A stretch of DNA of 64,000 nucleotides, taken from a virus. Positions within the stretch are counted from its first letter, which is position 1. Every line of letters starts with the position of its first letter. Shown here in pieces: positions 37,696-48,900 of the stretch. The stretch is from positions 1 to 64,000 of IMG/VR virus record IMGVR_UViG_3300013132_000036; one strand, given 5' to 3'. The notes under the pieces were generated by a model. It was not told where the DNA came from. It did no database searches and saw only the letters and a program-made list of their open reading frames with translations. The translations under genes and the position numbers were made by a program.

Positions 37696-38667
37696 TTATA
37701 GATCGTTATAAAGATCGTCTAAAGACGGTGCTGACTTTTTAGGTGAGGATTTAGCAGGTTTTGCTGGAGCTTCCTCAACATCATCATCATCATCAGATGT
37801 TGATGTAGTTGATCTTGAATTAGCTTGCTCGTAAAAATCATCCGCAGAAACAGAAGGATCTGAAGATGTTTTAGAATCTGAGCTAGATCCAATAATCTCA
37901 GAAACCATTCTTCCGTCAGGAATAGTGTTTCTAATAATTCTCATGATTTTTTCAGACTCTTCATCAGACCAATCATTGTAATCATACTTATCAAGATCCA
38001 ATGGACCAGTTTTTAAATATTTAGTTACAACATCTCTACCTGATTCTGTTTTTTCGACTGCTTCTCCATTAATCATTATTGGCATTTTGTCTCCAACAAA
38101 CTGACATAGATCATAGTTGTTCCATTCGCCAACTTTTCTTACTTGAATACCGAAATTTTTACCTTCGAATAAATCGTAAGGATTAGATGGATTACCAAAT
38201 TCTGGTTTGATCTGTTGTTCGATAAGATCGTTAACTTTTCTACCAAATTTAAAAATCATGATCTTACCTTCAAGATCTGGACGATTTGAGTCTTTAACTA
38301 CCTGAATCAAAGAATAGAAATCTTCTTTTCTAGAGAAAGATTTAGAAATTTCTTGATCCTTAGCAGAAGGGGAATTCTTAAGCTTCCAGAAAAGATCTTT
38401 AAGAATTGATTTTTTGCCTACTGTAGATGGACAAATAGCTTTATGGTTTGTACCATCTACTGGGTCTTTTAACCAAACGTAGTATTGGTGGATTTTTGAT
38501 TTTTTTGGGTTTGTGATGTTTGGTAAAAATCTAACCAAAGATTTATAAACCCCGTCCTTACCTAATTCAGGATAAGGTTTATAGAGGAATTCGTCCTCCT
38601 CTTTTTTAACTTCTTGTTTAACAAATGCCTCATTGTCCAAATTAAAAATGTCGAAATTTTCTTCCAT
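37696..38667 (-). CDS. Single-stranded DNA-binding protein (T4 gp32-like)
   Basis: VRFLP, CPSTVGK, EGKIMIFKFGRK, PYDLFEGKNF, NYD; acidic tail SLDDLYNDL. Confidence 0.92.
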   Translation of the reverse strand: MEENFDIFNLDNEAFVKQEVKKEEDEFLYKPYPELGKDGVYKSLVRFLPNITNPKKSKIHQYYVWLKDPVDGTNHKAICPSTVGKKSILKDLFWKLKNSPSAKDQEISKSFSRKEDFYSLIQVVKDSNRPDLEGKIMIFKFGRKVNDLIEQQIKPEFGNPSNPYDLFEGKNFGIQVRKVGEWNNYDLCQFVGDKMPIMINGEAVEKTESGRDVVTKYLKTGPLDLDKYDYNDWSDEESEKIMRIIRNTIPDGRMVSEIIGSSSDSKTSSDPSVSADDFYEQANSRSTTSTSDDDDDVEEAPAKPAKSSPKKSAPSLDDLYNDL

Positions 38668-38706
38668 GATACTTAAATTATTTAAATTATTACTTATTAT
38701 TTAATA

Positions 38707-38735
38707 CTTATACCTTCTTACCAGATAAAAGTTTC
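38707..38735 (-). promoter_or_regulatory. Putative early/middle promoter GAAACTTT-N15-TATAAG
   Basis: 29-bp architecture in the 3' end of the upstream gene, ahead of the ssb-primase-uvsY-uvsW run. Confidence 0.65.
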
Positions 38736-39394
38736 TCTAAATTTTCCTCAACGAATAAAGATATCCAAGTCGCATCAACTAAATCTGAACAAGGACCATC
38801 TACTTTATTAGATCCCTTGATCCATGAATCCTTATATTCTTTTAAAACGTCCAAAAATGGTTTAAGTCTTAAATCTCCAATTCTTTTCTCTATTAATGTA
38901 TTATATAGTTCATCTTTCTTTGAGTTTCCCTTTAATGCGTATTTCTTAATAGTAGTTGGGGAAAGAACAAAGAAGTTATTAGGATCTATTATTTTAACTA
39001 TAGCAGACCTTACTAATGCAGTAGTCATTGAAATATCTATTAGTGAATTACCAGACGACCCGAAGGATAATCCTTCCATACCAACTATGGTATTTTCATC
39101 AAGATAAGGATTAAGTAGATCCATCACTAGGTCGGAGAAATAGACAGCATTTAAAATCTTTTCCCTCTCCTTTATGTGATACTCCCCCGTAAATTCTTTC
39201 TTTGATACTATGTTTATTGAAATGTTGTTATTATCATTTAGAACTTTAAAAGGAGATCCTTCTTTTTTTAGCATCTTGTCGATGATGTTGGTTGTTCTGT
39301 GTAAGCTTATCCAATTACAACTATTCTCAGTCAATATTGAAAATCCTGGTGAATTCAATGAAAAATCTATTCCTATTATTCTATCCGATTTCAA
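38708..39394 (-). CDS. RuvC-like (RNase H fold) Holliday junction resolvase
   Basis: IIGIDFSLNSPG, GMEGLSFGS, PTTIKK, KGNSKK, DLVDA. Confidence 0.8.
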   Translation of the reverse strand: MKSDRIIGIDFSLNSPGFSILTENSCNWISLHRTTNIIDKMLKKEGSPFKVLNDNNNISINIVSKKEFTGEYHIKEREKILNAVYFSDLVMDLLNPYLDENTIVGMEGLSFGSSGNSLIDISMTTALVRSAIVKIIDPNNFFVLSPTTIKKYALKGNSKKDELYNTLIEKRIGDLRLKPFLDVLKEYKDSWIKGSNKVDGPCSDLVDATWISLFVEENLEKLLSGKKV

Positions 39395-39932
39395 GATTGA
39401 GATTAATGTAATTGCATTTAAATCCTATACTAAAAGTTGAGAATTGTGGAGTAGTACTTGCATAGTTTAATTGTATCTCCGACAACGAAGTATATATCGG
39501 TTGTTGTAAAAGAACACTAGCCATAACTACACCATCGTTATCTAAAAGCAACAATCTGAAATCTGGAAGATACTCATTAGGATTTTGGAAGTCTAGAAAT
39601 TTTATAATATTCTCATACAAAACCCAATAGTTTATAAATCCCTCACCAAGCTTAAATGTAACGGTGAAATCTCTCTGTATTAAATTTTGAAGAGTTGTTG
39701 CACTTTTATACGATTGTTTAAAACCGCCAGGCCTAACTTGTTCTACTGAATCTATAGTTCTTAGTGTTGGAAAATTAACCTGTTGTATTGTAGAGTTTAT
39801 AAAGCTATCTACTGTATCATAAGGAATAGGCATCCTATTGATATACTTTTCATATTTTTCAACGACTTCTGGTAAAATAAATCCCTTAGGAAATGAAAAT
39901 ATAAAGCCGTTTTGCCTGACATTTAAAATCAT
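39381..39932 (-). CDS. Tail tube terminator/completion protein (T4 gp3/gp19 fold)
   Basis: IQQVNFP, FTVTFKL.E...NYW.LYE, SLSEIQL...FSIGF pattern. Confidence 0.6.
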   Translation of the reverse strand: MILNVRQNGFIFSFPKGFILPEVVEKYEKYINRMPIPYDTVDSFINSTIQQVNFPTLRTIDSVEQVRPGGFKQSYKSATTLQNLIQRDFTVTFKLGEGFINYWVLYENIIKFLDFQNPNEYLPDFRLLLLDNDGVVMASVLLQQPIYTSLSEIQLNYASTTPQFSTFSIGFKCNYINLNLEIG

Positions 39933-42262
39933 TTATTAGGATTATTTTTAACCGAATTAGGATCATCAGTAACTGGGAATCCTAAAGCGTTACAGTATTG
40001 TATGTATATTTTATTAAATGCTCCATTTTCTAGTTTAGGGTGAACTTGAAGAGCTGCTGTTAAGAACTGAGCTGCTTTAAGTCCCTTAAATAAATTAGCA
40101 CCTGGCGCTCCTGGTGTGAAATAATAATTAACCACCTTCTGTACATTTAACCCTTGGGATTCTCTTCCTGATATAGAATCTGCCAAAGCATCTATGTTTA
40201 TATTATTTGACTGAATGCTGCTTTTTAAAGGAGTAGTAGTTTCTCCTTTTCCTGTTTTTACAAAACCGCCAGTGGTGTTTATTAGGGATGCTGGTTTAAC
40301 ACTGAGGATAGAACTACTTCCTAGAGGATAAGGTTTTTTAATGTTGATTTGTTTTGTCAAAGGAACTTTGGAAGCTATTTGATTTCCTTCAGATGTAGTA
40401 GCTCCAGTTGTTCCGGTTGATCCTGTGACTGCTACATCAGTTGTGGTAACAACAGCAGACCCAGTAACACCACCGGTGGCTGCAGTAACTTCTCCTACAG
40501 TAACACTAGTTCTTGCTATAAATTCTGCTTGTGTTTCCCAAGATCCCGAATATAGCTTAGTCTCTGTTCCGTCCGGTGTTTTTGTTATAATATAAAAATC
40601 TCTAGAGGTAAATCCTAAAACTTTTTTAGAATTAGTGTCTACCACTTTAAATGCTATCTGACCAGCGGAAGGATTAGACACAGTGGATTTGTTTTTTATA
40701 TTTTCGACTCTTACACTCTGTCCGCTGCTATCAAGAAAAACAAGATAGTAACTTAAAGACGTTCCTAAATCTATTATCTCGGGAGATGTACCTTCTTTGT
40801 AATTATAAACTGTAAACTTATAGAAGTTGTCAAATGGGTCAACGACTATTTTTCCCTTACCCTGTCCAGATATTTGAGTTGCACCAGGGACTGATGTCTC
40901 AGATATTAAATCTCCGTTTCTATCTATTACAAGTGTTTCTTTTGTTATTGATATGTTGTTATCCTTATAAAAGACAGGAATTCTTTTTTCTATAGGAGCA
41001 GCAGGATTAGGCATAACACCACCCGACACAACGTTTGGTGCTTGAATTATTTTATTATAGACCTTCTGTGAATAAGCTCCAGTAGTAAGAGAGATGACGT
41101 TGTTTTCTTTTCCGTATTTATTTACATCAAAAGAACTAATAGAGGATCTTCTGATTATTTGATTCTGATTCCCCTTGTTAACTAATCTCATAGTGTAATT
41201 AACTAGGAAAGAAGTTGTCAAAGGATTTATAAGAATAGGCCTAAATATGTTAGGTGCATTAAAATCTTGTGTCTGAGTGTTACTAAAGTTATAAGTTGTA
41301 ATGTATGTTAGTCCAACTTGTTCTTTCACCTCTATCTCGTTTATTACATAATAAATGTTGCCAACTTTACCTTCTGCATTTAAGAAATCCTCTAAAAAAT
41401 TTCCATCCCAAGTTGGATAAAATTCCAGATAGTTATAGAATTGATTTTGTTGGATAACAGCAGCTAAGGAAGAAAAATTATCCTTAGGTATTACAGAAAG
41501 AGAGCTTCTTAACTGTGCTATATAATTTTCATATCCATTTTTAAGAACTGACTGTGTTATCTCATATAGAGACACATTTATCGGAGCGTCCTTTAAAAAC
41601 CCGTTTCCGTCCGATGATATCTTAGCTGCTAGAGTGTTTGCTTGTGCCGGTGTGTTTGCTAGTATATCAAACTCATAAACCATGTTAGCATAAGCAGGAA
41701 TCTTTACCTCTATGTAATGATCATAAAGAGCACCACCTAAATAGATAGGATTAGGATTAAGAACCACAGAAGAAGTATCAGATTTAGTGATTAATCTCTG
41801 AAATATAGTTGCTTTCTTTCCAGTTCTCTCTTGGAACTCGCCCTTTATTATAATACCATCTATGTTTTCGAAATTGTATCCTGCTACTATATGGAATTTT
41901 ATAGTGTCATAATAAACACCTATGTTGGAAGGAAATACTACAGGTAAATTGTTTACTGAAGTTAATTTAGGATCAGTGTCTAGATAAGGAACTAAATAAT
42001 CCTGATCTAAAGTTACAAATCGATTTTTGTCGGTTTGAACAACACTAAGATCCCTTACGTTTCCTGTTGTGAATTCTGATGCTGGGTTATTTAATATCTG
42101 GACAGAATTATTGAAATAGCCATTAACAATTTTCTCGTATCCTATAGCAGGATTACCTGTGTTAACATAGTAAATTTCAGGAGTTGGTGCAGTCGTGTAG
42201 TCATACTCCATTAATAAGTAACTACCGAATTTTATAAATCTTTCTGTCGAGGTATAAGCCAT
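39929..42262 (-). CDS. Putative virion structural protein
   Basis: 777 aa, beta-rich, Thr/Gly linker; GATATATA at 42267-42274. Confidence 0.6.
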   Translation of the reverse strand: MAYTSTERFIKFGSYLLMEYDYTTAPTPEIYYVNTGNPAIGYEKIVNGYFNNSVQILNNPASEFTTGNVRDLSVVQTDKNRFVTLDQDYLVPYLDTDPKLTSVNNLPVVFPSNIGVYYDTIKFHIVAGYNFENIDGIIIKGEFQERTGKKATIFQRLITKSDTSSVVLNPNPIYLGGALYDHYIEVKIPAYANMVYEFDILANTPAQANTLAAKISSDGNGFLKDAPINVSLYEITQSVLKNGYENYIAQLRSSLSVIPKDNFSSLAAVIQQNQFYNYLEFYPTWDGNFLEDFLNAEGKVGNIYYVINEIEVKEQVGLTYITTYNFSNTQTQDFNAPNIFRPILINPLTTSFLVNYTMRLVNKGNQNQIIRRSSISSFDVNKYGKENNVISLTTGAYSQKVYNKIIQAPNVVSGGVMPNPAAPIEKRIPVFYKDNNISITKETLVIDRNGDLISETSVPGATQISGQGKGKIVVDPFDNFYKFTVYNYKEGTSPEIIDLGTSLSYYLVFLDSSGQSVRVENIKNKSTVSNPSAGQIAFKVVDTNSKKVLGFTSRDFYIITKTPDGTETKLYSGSWETQAEFIARTSVTVGEVTAATGGVTGSAVVTTTDVAVTGSTGTTGATTSEGNQIASKVPLTKQINIKKPYPLGSSSILSVKPASLINTTGGFVKTGKGETTTPLKSSIQSNNINIDALADSISGRESQGLNVQKVVNYYFTPGAPGANLFKGLKAAQFLTAALQVHPKLENGAFNKIYIQYCNALGFPVTDDPNSVKNNPNK

Positions 42263-42276
42263 GATTTATATATCCC

Positions 42277-43074
42277 TTAAAATTTGATGATAGAATATTG
42301 TATACCCACCCCTATATTAAACATCGCACCAGCAATAGGTTTTCCATTCAAGCCGTATCCTGCTCCTAAACCGACTCCCACATAAGGACCCACAGAGAAT
42401 TTCTTATTAGGGAACATGTTCTTTAAAACAGTAGATTTATAAGGATCAATAATAGCTCCCTCGATATCAGTTATCTTCATTCCTGGATATTTAGGAGTTA
42501 CAAAAATTTCTAAAGATTTATCTTTTTCCCTTAATCCAGTCACAAAAGAAAATCCCATTTCGTCTTCATTTATTCTGGTTGCACCTGGAGTCACTTTATT
42601 AGTAACAGAATCTATTTTAAAAAAGCTATTTCCTGAAAATTTTCTATAGTTATTTGCAGAGAATGTAGTGTCAAATTTCCAATCAAGACTATAACTTCCA
42701 TCAGGATAAACAGTCAGATAATTATTAACATATTGTGTGTCAGTCTCGACAACTGTTTCAACATCGTGTATGACAATAACATCACCCTTAACCTTTTTAA
42801 GCTCATCCGCAAGATTCTTATTTAAATCCTCCAGATTTTTCTTAGAAGCAAGAAGTGTTTTTCTAACATACATGTCTTCTCCTGCTTTGTTCTTTTGGAG
42901 TCTTACAGTGTCTTTTAGTGCATCTAAATTATGATTCTGTATAAACATCTGGGACTTAAGGTCTGCGTTGCTACTACACTGTCTAAATAGCAATAGAAGC
43001 AATATTGAAATAGCTGCAACAAGCACTATATCCTTTCTTTTAAGAATTTTGGTAATTAAAGATTCTTCTTTCAT
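42277..43074 (-). CDS. Putative spanin-like lysis protein
   Basis: N-terminal TM ending LLFRQC, coiled coil, C-terminal Gly/aromatic beta-hairpin ending in Phe. Confidence 0.5.
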   Translation of the reverse strand: MKEESLITKILKRKDIVLVAAISILLLLLFRQCSSNADLKSQMFIQNHNLDALKDTVRLQKNKAGEDMYVRKTLLASKKNLEDLNKNLADELKKVKGDVIVIHDVETVVETDTQYVNNYLTVYPDGSYSLDWKFDTTFSANNYRKFSGNSFFKIDSVTNKVTPGATRINEDEMGFSFVTGLREKDKSLEIFVTPKYPGMKITDIEGAIIDPYKSTVLKNMFPNKKFSVGPYVGVGLGAGYGLNGKPIAGAMFNIGVGIQYSIIKF

Positions 43075-43261
43075 CTTCTCTTGTTTTATTTAATAGATCT
43101 ACCGTCTCAATTGTTTTTCTTTTTAGATCTTCCAATTTTTGATCATTTTCTAATAGATCTTTCTTATCTTTTAAATGCTTCTCTATCTCCATTTCTAATT
43201 TATTCAGATCATTGTGTAAATCAGAATATTTTTGTATGAACATCACTTTAATATTTTCCAT
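43040..43261 (-). CDS. Small coiled-coil hypothetical protein
   Basis: 73 aa with heptad pattern; overlaps the spanin-like start. Confidence 0.6.
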   Translation of the reverse strand: MENIKVMFIQKYSDLHNDLNKLEMEIEKHLKDKKDLLENDQKLEDLKRKTIETVDLLNKTREDERRIFNYQNS

Positions 43262-43263
43262 TT

Positions 43264-45924
43264 TTATGCTACTTCTTGTACTATAAAATTAAGTGTTGCT
43301 GTACCAGCACCAAGTCCAGCAAAAATAAACTGGCATGTAGTAGTACTAACTGCACCATAAGGGAAAACTCCTATATTAGCATTAGTTGGTGTACCAGAAT
43401 AAACACTACCTAATACAACTAATTCACTAGTAGAAAATGCAGTAGTAAAAGTTATCTGTACCCTTGCAGTATTTAATCCGGAAGCAACCATACTGGCGGT
43501 AAATCCACTACCACTTACTATAGTAACCGGATTAGACCCATTCATATTACAAGTAATTACCCCCGATATTATTTTTTTAATAGGTGTTCCACCTGATCCC
43601 ACTGTTAATGCTCCTCCAGTTATTGTATTATTCCCGTTGATTGTAACATCCCCTGTGACGCCAATATCTCCAGTAACCCCAATATCTCCAGTAACCCCAA
43701 TATCTCCAGTAACCCCAATATTACCTTTAGCTTTGATAGCATAATCAGAACCAGCCCCAGAAACACCTATAGCTGATGTATAATCTATTGACTGTCCTAT
43801 CGATATATTTGTACCTAAATTAGAAACGAAGAATCCTGTAGTGTTTGCTGCAGTTACTGGTGATGTTCCAGTTGATGCACCTACCGCAATAGCAACGGAG
43901 TCATTAGCACTAGGACCAGTAGACGGATTAAGCGGAACAATAGAAGTTATCTCTATACCATTCGGGTAATTGTTTACCGAAAGCCCAGAGGCAAATGTTC
44001 CTTTACCAATAGAAGATGTTGTGGAATATAAATTTCTATGTATTTTTAGTAAAGAATTTCCACCCACTGCAGCATTGTTTCCAGTTGCACCAAGATTAAA
44101 TAAAGAACGAGGATCATCAGTACCAATTGTTTGTACCCCAGTAACATATAAGCTGTGATTAGCTCTATTATTAGCTCTGTATGTTGCGCCAGTTAGAGAA
44201 GCTAATTCTGGAGATAGGTTTGAATTAACACCAATAGAAACCCCTCCTGTTGTACTTCCAGAAGCACCATAAATCGATAGCAAAGAACTATTTATAGTTC
44301 CCATGATAATAGTGTTTCCTCCACCAGTACCATTGGCCATAATTTCTAATCTCTTATTAGAATTTTTAGTTTCTATAAGAGTTCTATATGCTGCGCTAGA
44401 ATAATTATAAACCCCACCATTTACAAATGTTGTAATTGAAAAAACCGGACCAGAAGCACCTGCATTAGAAACATTAGATATCTTTTGTGTGTAATTTATT
44501 AAAGGCTGATTAAAACCACCCAAGTTGTATCCAGTTCCAGCAAAAAATTCTTGAACTATGCTAGGCCCTGTTCCAGAACTATCAAAGATGCCGTCACCTA
44601 TTGTTGTTCTAGGAGAATAATTAGCACCTTTAGTTTTTATTTGTAATCCTGGACCATAATTAGGGGAGGTAACGAATAATTGTGGATATCTTCCAGCTAA
44701 CTCTGAAGGTCCCGTTGTTTGTAATCCGCCGGAGCTATCTCCGGTAGGATTATTGTACCCTACCATTGCATGTCCATTAACAAAAAGAACACCTAAATTA
44801 TAATTAGGGGTTCCGGATTCTCCTACAAATAAAGAAGATGTGTGAGGTGATGATCCTGTACCTATACTTGCGTTTCCGTTTACTGCCAATCTTCTATTAT
44901 CAACAGAAGCACCGACGTGTTTAAACTCACCAGTTCCTAATCCTACACCTAATCCGGTAGAATTAGCAAAAACAGGAGCAAAAGATTGATTAGTAGGTGT
45001 GGACGTGTTATTAGAGAGTTCTAAAAATCCCCCATTAGAACTAGCATCTATAAAAGTTCCTTTATTAACTGAAGATGTCTTAAGTAAGATATTATCACTG
45101 GATGAAGTTGCAGTTATTTCACTACTGCTTAGCATGTTTATACCAGACTCGGCAGTTGCTCCATTTGATACTATACCTATTGATCCCTTGGGATTTACAA
45201 AGCTAAGATTATAAAATCCTAATCCTGCTCCAGTAGACCCCGATGGGTTAACTGAAAGGTCCCAAGAAAAATATGGGTTGTACAAACTTCCAGTTGATCC
45301 AGATCCACTCGGGCTTATATCGAAAGTAGATCTAGCAAAGCTTATTAGCTTTGTTCTGTCATCTTTAGTAGCAATCTTTAGCTTTGCATTTTCGAAGTTT
45401 AGATTGTCTATTGCAGTTCCACCAGGGGTATACTCAGTAATTGTAGAATCAGATAACACCAATCCTTTATCTCCTGCAGTCGCACCTGCTAGTAATATGG
45501 CTTGTGCAGTAGCTCCCCCAATTATATCAATAGGTGTTACTTTCTGAAATAAATCTCCCGCGTTTAATCCATATCCGGTATTAACCCATCCAGTAGCAGT
45601 AAAAACATAAATATCCTGATTTGCAGAATCTGGATCTAGCCAGTAATCTCCTAAAGTTGGAAAAGTCCAAGGATTTGATCCGGTAATCCCACCAGAGGCA
45701 GGAGATGTGTCTTGTACAAACCATTTGGTTCCTGAAGGTCCCTGAACTCCTTGAACCCCCTGAGGTCCCTGAGGTCCAATGGGTCCAGTAGGACCTATCA
45801 ATCCTTGAGCTCCTTGTGGTCCTCCGCCTGCACTAAGTATTTGGTCAAAGTTATAATTTAATTTATCAACTATGGTAGACTGATTGTCTCCCTGTAAAAT
45901 ATTTAGTATATTAATCTGTGGCAT
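43264..45924 (-). CDS. Tail fibre-like protein with collagen segment
   Basis: KLNYNFDQI head, GPQ collagen triplets, G/S/T/N-rich beta body; GATATATA at 45943-45950. Confidence 0.75.
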   Translation of the reverse strand: MPQINILNILQGDNQSTIVDKLNYNFDQILSAGGGPQGAQGLIGPTGPIGPQGPQGVQGVQGPSGTKWFVQDTSPASGGITGSNPWTFPTLGDYWLDPDSANQDIYVFTATGWVNTGYGLNAGDLFQKVTPIDIIGGATAQAILLAGATAGDKGLVLSDSTITEYTPGGTAIDNLNFENAKLKIATKDDRTKLISFARSTFDISPSGSGSTGSLYNPYFSWDLSVNPSGSTGAGLGFYNLSFVNPKGSIGIVSNGATAESGINMLSSSEITATSSSDNILLKTSSVNKGTFIDASSNGGFLELSNNTSTPTNQSFAPVFANSTGLGVGLGTGEFKHVGASVDNRRLAVNGNASIGTGSSPHTSSLFVGESGTPNYNLGVLFVNGHAMVGYNNPTGDSSGGLQTTGPSELAGRYPQLFVTSPNYGPGLQIKTKGANYSPRTTIGDGIFDSSGTGPSIVQEFFAGTGYNLGGFNQPLINYTQKISNVSNAGASGPVFSITTFVNGGVYNYSSAAYRTLIETKNSNKRLEIMANGTGGGNTIIMGTINSSLLSIYGASGSTTGGVSIGVNSNLSPELASLTGATYRANNRANHSLYVTGVQTIGTDDPRSLFNLGATGNNAAVGGNSLLKIHRNLYSTTSSIGKGTFASGLSVNNYPNGIEITSIVPLNPSTGPSANDSVAIAVGASTGTSPVTAANTTGFFVSNLGTNISIGQSIDYTSAIGVSGAGSDYAIKAKGNIGVTGDIGVTGDIGVTGDIGVTGDVTINGNNTITGGALTVGSGGTPIKKIISGVITCNMNGSNPVTIVSGSGFTASMVASGLNTARVQITFTTAFSTSELVVLGSVYSGTPTNANIGVFPYGAVSTTTCQFIFAGLGAGTATLNFIVQEVA
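43661..43720. repeat. 18-bp tandem repeat CCAATATCTCCAGTAACC x3 plus partial (GDIGVT) in the fibre gene
   Basis: Directly visible. Confidence 0.9.
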
Positions 45925-45967
45925 CTCTTTTTATAGTTACATTATATATCAAAAATCCGTCCCTCTA

Positions 45968-48900
45968 TTAAATTTTTCCTATATCTATAGAGAAACAGAC
46001 AGAATAATTGAAAGAAGGATCTTTAGGAATTCTAAATTCGTATCTTAGATCATTTACTTTAGTGTATCTTACCTCTTCAGAATTAAAATATCCATTAATC
46101 AATTTCTGATAATCTGCTAAATTACCTATTACTGGTACTAAAGTCTCATTTGATGACACCGGTACTTTTTTAAGATATCCTCTGTTTAGTTTAGATTGAA
46201 ATATAGGAATTATATTTTGATTCATATATTCTTTGAAATCGTCATCAATATCAGAAGTGTTTCCAAAACCAAATTCAGGAATTATGAATTTATTAAAAGA
46301 TTCTTTGCCACCGTTTTCTAAGAAATATCTATTCAGCATTCTATCCATTAAAATAACACCTTTTAATTCAGTGGGGGTATTTTCCCATAGTATTTCATAG
46401 TTAGGGTAGTTATTATAATTTAGATCTAGTACATCTTTTAATGACTGAAAATACACAAGCTGTTTCTGTGAATTTATCAAGTCTGGAGTCTGCATGAATT
46501 TGCTACCGAAGAAAGATTTTTGCTCCTTCATTACTCTAGTACCCGGGAGATTTACATATCCAGTAGGACCAGTGTATTCTCTATAAAATCCAGGATCCCA
46601 AGAACTTTCAAAAATAGAAAGATTTCTTTTATCCACTGGGGTTTCTCCTATAATCGTGTAAACAGGATTATAAGGGGAATTTTGTCCGATTCTAAATATC
46701 CATTGAGGAGAGTACTTATAATAGTTAACATTTTTAGATACTCCAAAATTATCTTTATATGGACCAAAAGAACAATAAGAGTACTCTATAGGATCTATTA
46801 CTTTTATACCCCCTCCCATGTATTTTCCTCCATTTGCTACGTAGTAAACAGTAGAAGGGAAGTCATAAGGCACGTCTATCTCTACATAGGATCCAGTAGT
46901 TCCTGGTGTTCCAAATAGTGTATATCCCTGAGTTATCGAATCATTTGAAATATCGTTGCCAATTTGATTCTCGGAAAAATATATTTGATATCCAGTATTG
47001 CTAGCATCACTAAGATCGAAGTAATAGATTACTCCCTTGATTAAATTTATTTCTCCCTGGGCCACACCGTTTATTTCTAAGCAACTAGTAGATCCAATAT
47101 CGTAAGATGATGATTCTTCTGGTTTTTCAACAACCTTTACTGTGAATGTGTTATAGTTTGGTATTGTCCATGCAGGAACATCGTATTTTACATCTTCGAA
47201 ATTTAAAACCTCTCTGAAGCTAGGAACGTATTCTCCTCCATATCTATAAAGCTCACTTTGTCCGTCGATATCCTCTGTTTCATATCCCACATTAAATACG
47301 CTTAACTCTTGTGGCTTATCTGTTATTTCTACTGGAACAATAACAGTTTCCTGTTCAAAGAACGAAGGCTTGATAAACTCTAAAACGAATTGGTTTTCTA
47401 ACACCTTCGTGGTTTCCGATGTTTCATCCCACTCATAAGTTAAATAGTCTATATAAGGATATCCTGTGTTAACCCATAAGGAAAGATTAGCAAAAGATAT
47501 TTTTTCTAAAATATTTTCCCAATATCCTATTCCGCCTTGTCTTTGGTAGATAGGAATATTTAAAAGCGATGAATAGTTTGCTATAGTTGGTATGTTAACA
47601 GGACCAGGTATACCAATATCACTGAAGTTAAACTGGTATCCTGGTTGTATATTGGTAAAATTTATAACACTCTGTCCAACCCCAGTAGGAAAAGGAAGGG
47701 TGTAGCCACTGTAAGGAGAAGGTCCAGCAATTCCATAGAAAGATCCAGGACTAGTTGTGTTAGGTCCAGAAATTGGATTTGGTTGAACCGAAGGAAGATA
47801 AGTGAAATTTATTTCATCTCTTAAATCCGTTTCATAATCAGGATTAGGAATAATATAAATTTCGCCCTCGTTCCCTACTGTACCGCTATTAACAGTTGAG
47901 AATAGTCCTTGGATGTTGGGAGCAGATGATATATTAAGTGCTGAAGATAGTTTGATATCTCCCACTGTAGGTAATTCTACTAATCCAGAAGGAAGTGAAG
48001 AACTAACAACGGTAGAAAAATAGGAGCTATCTAGTTTGTCTTTCAATGAGTATAATAAGAAATAATCTAAATCTAGATATTGATTTTCTGGACTTATATT
48101 TTCAAAATTCAAAACCCTAGCATCTTCAATTAAAACCTCTATGATAAAAGTTATATTCTTAAATGTTCTATTCTCTACTACTTTTATCTTAACTGGGGTT
48201 TGTATTTCATCTAGTATGTTTTTTACAGGCACTATAACACAAGAGAACTTATAGTCATCATAAAATCTATCATCCTCGATGTATTTAATTGATTCTCCCT
48301 GTGCATAGTCAGTGAATGTCCTTTTAATTCTTACCTTAGCACCCCTAAATAATGTTTCTGAAAATTTACTACCACTATTAAAGTCAAACACCGAATATCT
48401 TTCGGTTAAACCTATTTTGTTTATTGTTGTGCTTCCTGGATAATATTGTGCTAAGTCATCTCCCTCGATTGAAAAATAATCTAAGAAATAATCCCTTAAG
48501 GCTGGATTTGCATCCGACAAGAAGGAAAGATTGATTTCACTAGCTAGATAATTTTTGTCAGAATGTATACTTTCTTCTGGAAAAGAATAAGGCGGTTTTT
48601 GTAACTGGTACCATTCGTGAGTAAAGTATTGCGGATCCTGTGCTCTTCTAAAGAAACTCGGTGAAAAATTTAAAGGACTAAAAGCTATATTAGCATTTAA
48701 TCTATATCCATTTCCTCTAATATCTGTTCCTCCTCTATAAACCCATTTAGTTATATAAGGACTAACTCTACTGTTGGTAGCAAATAATGGATTATAATTA
48801 TCCTTCGTGTAGTCATATTCAGAACTTAGCTTACCAAAATTTAACTGTTTATATTTTGTGTCTAATCCTATGGCATTATCAATAAACTCAAGAGACTGTA

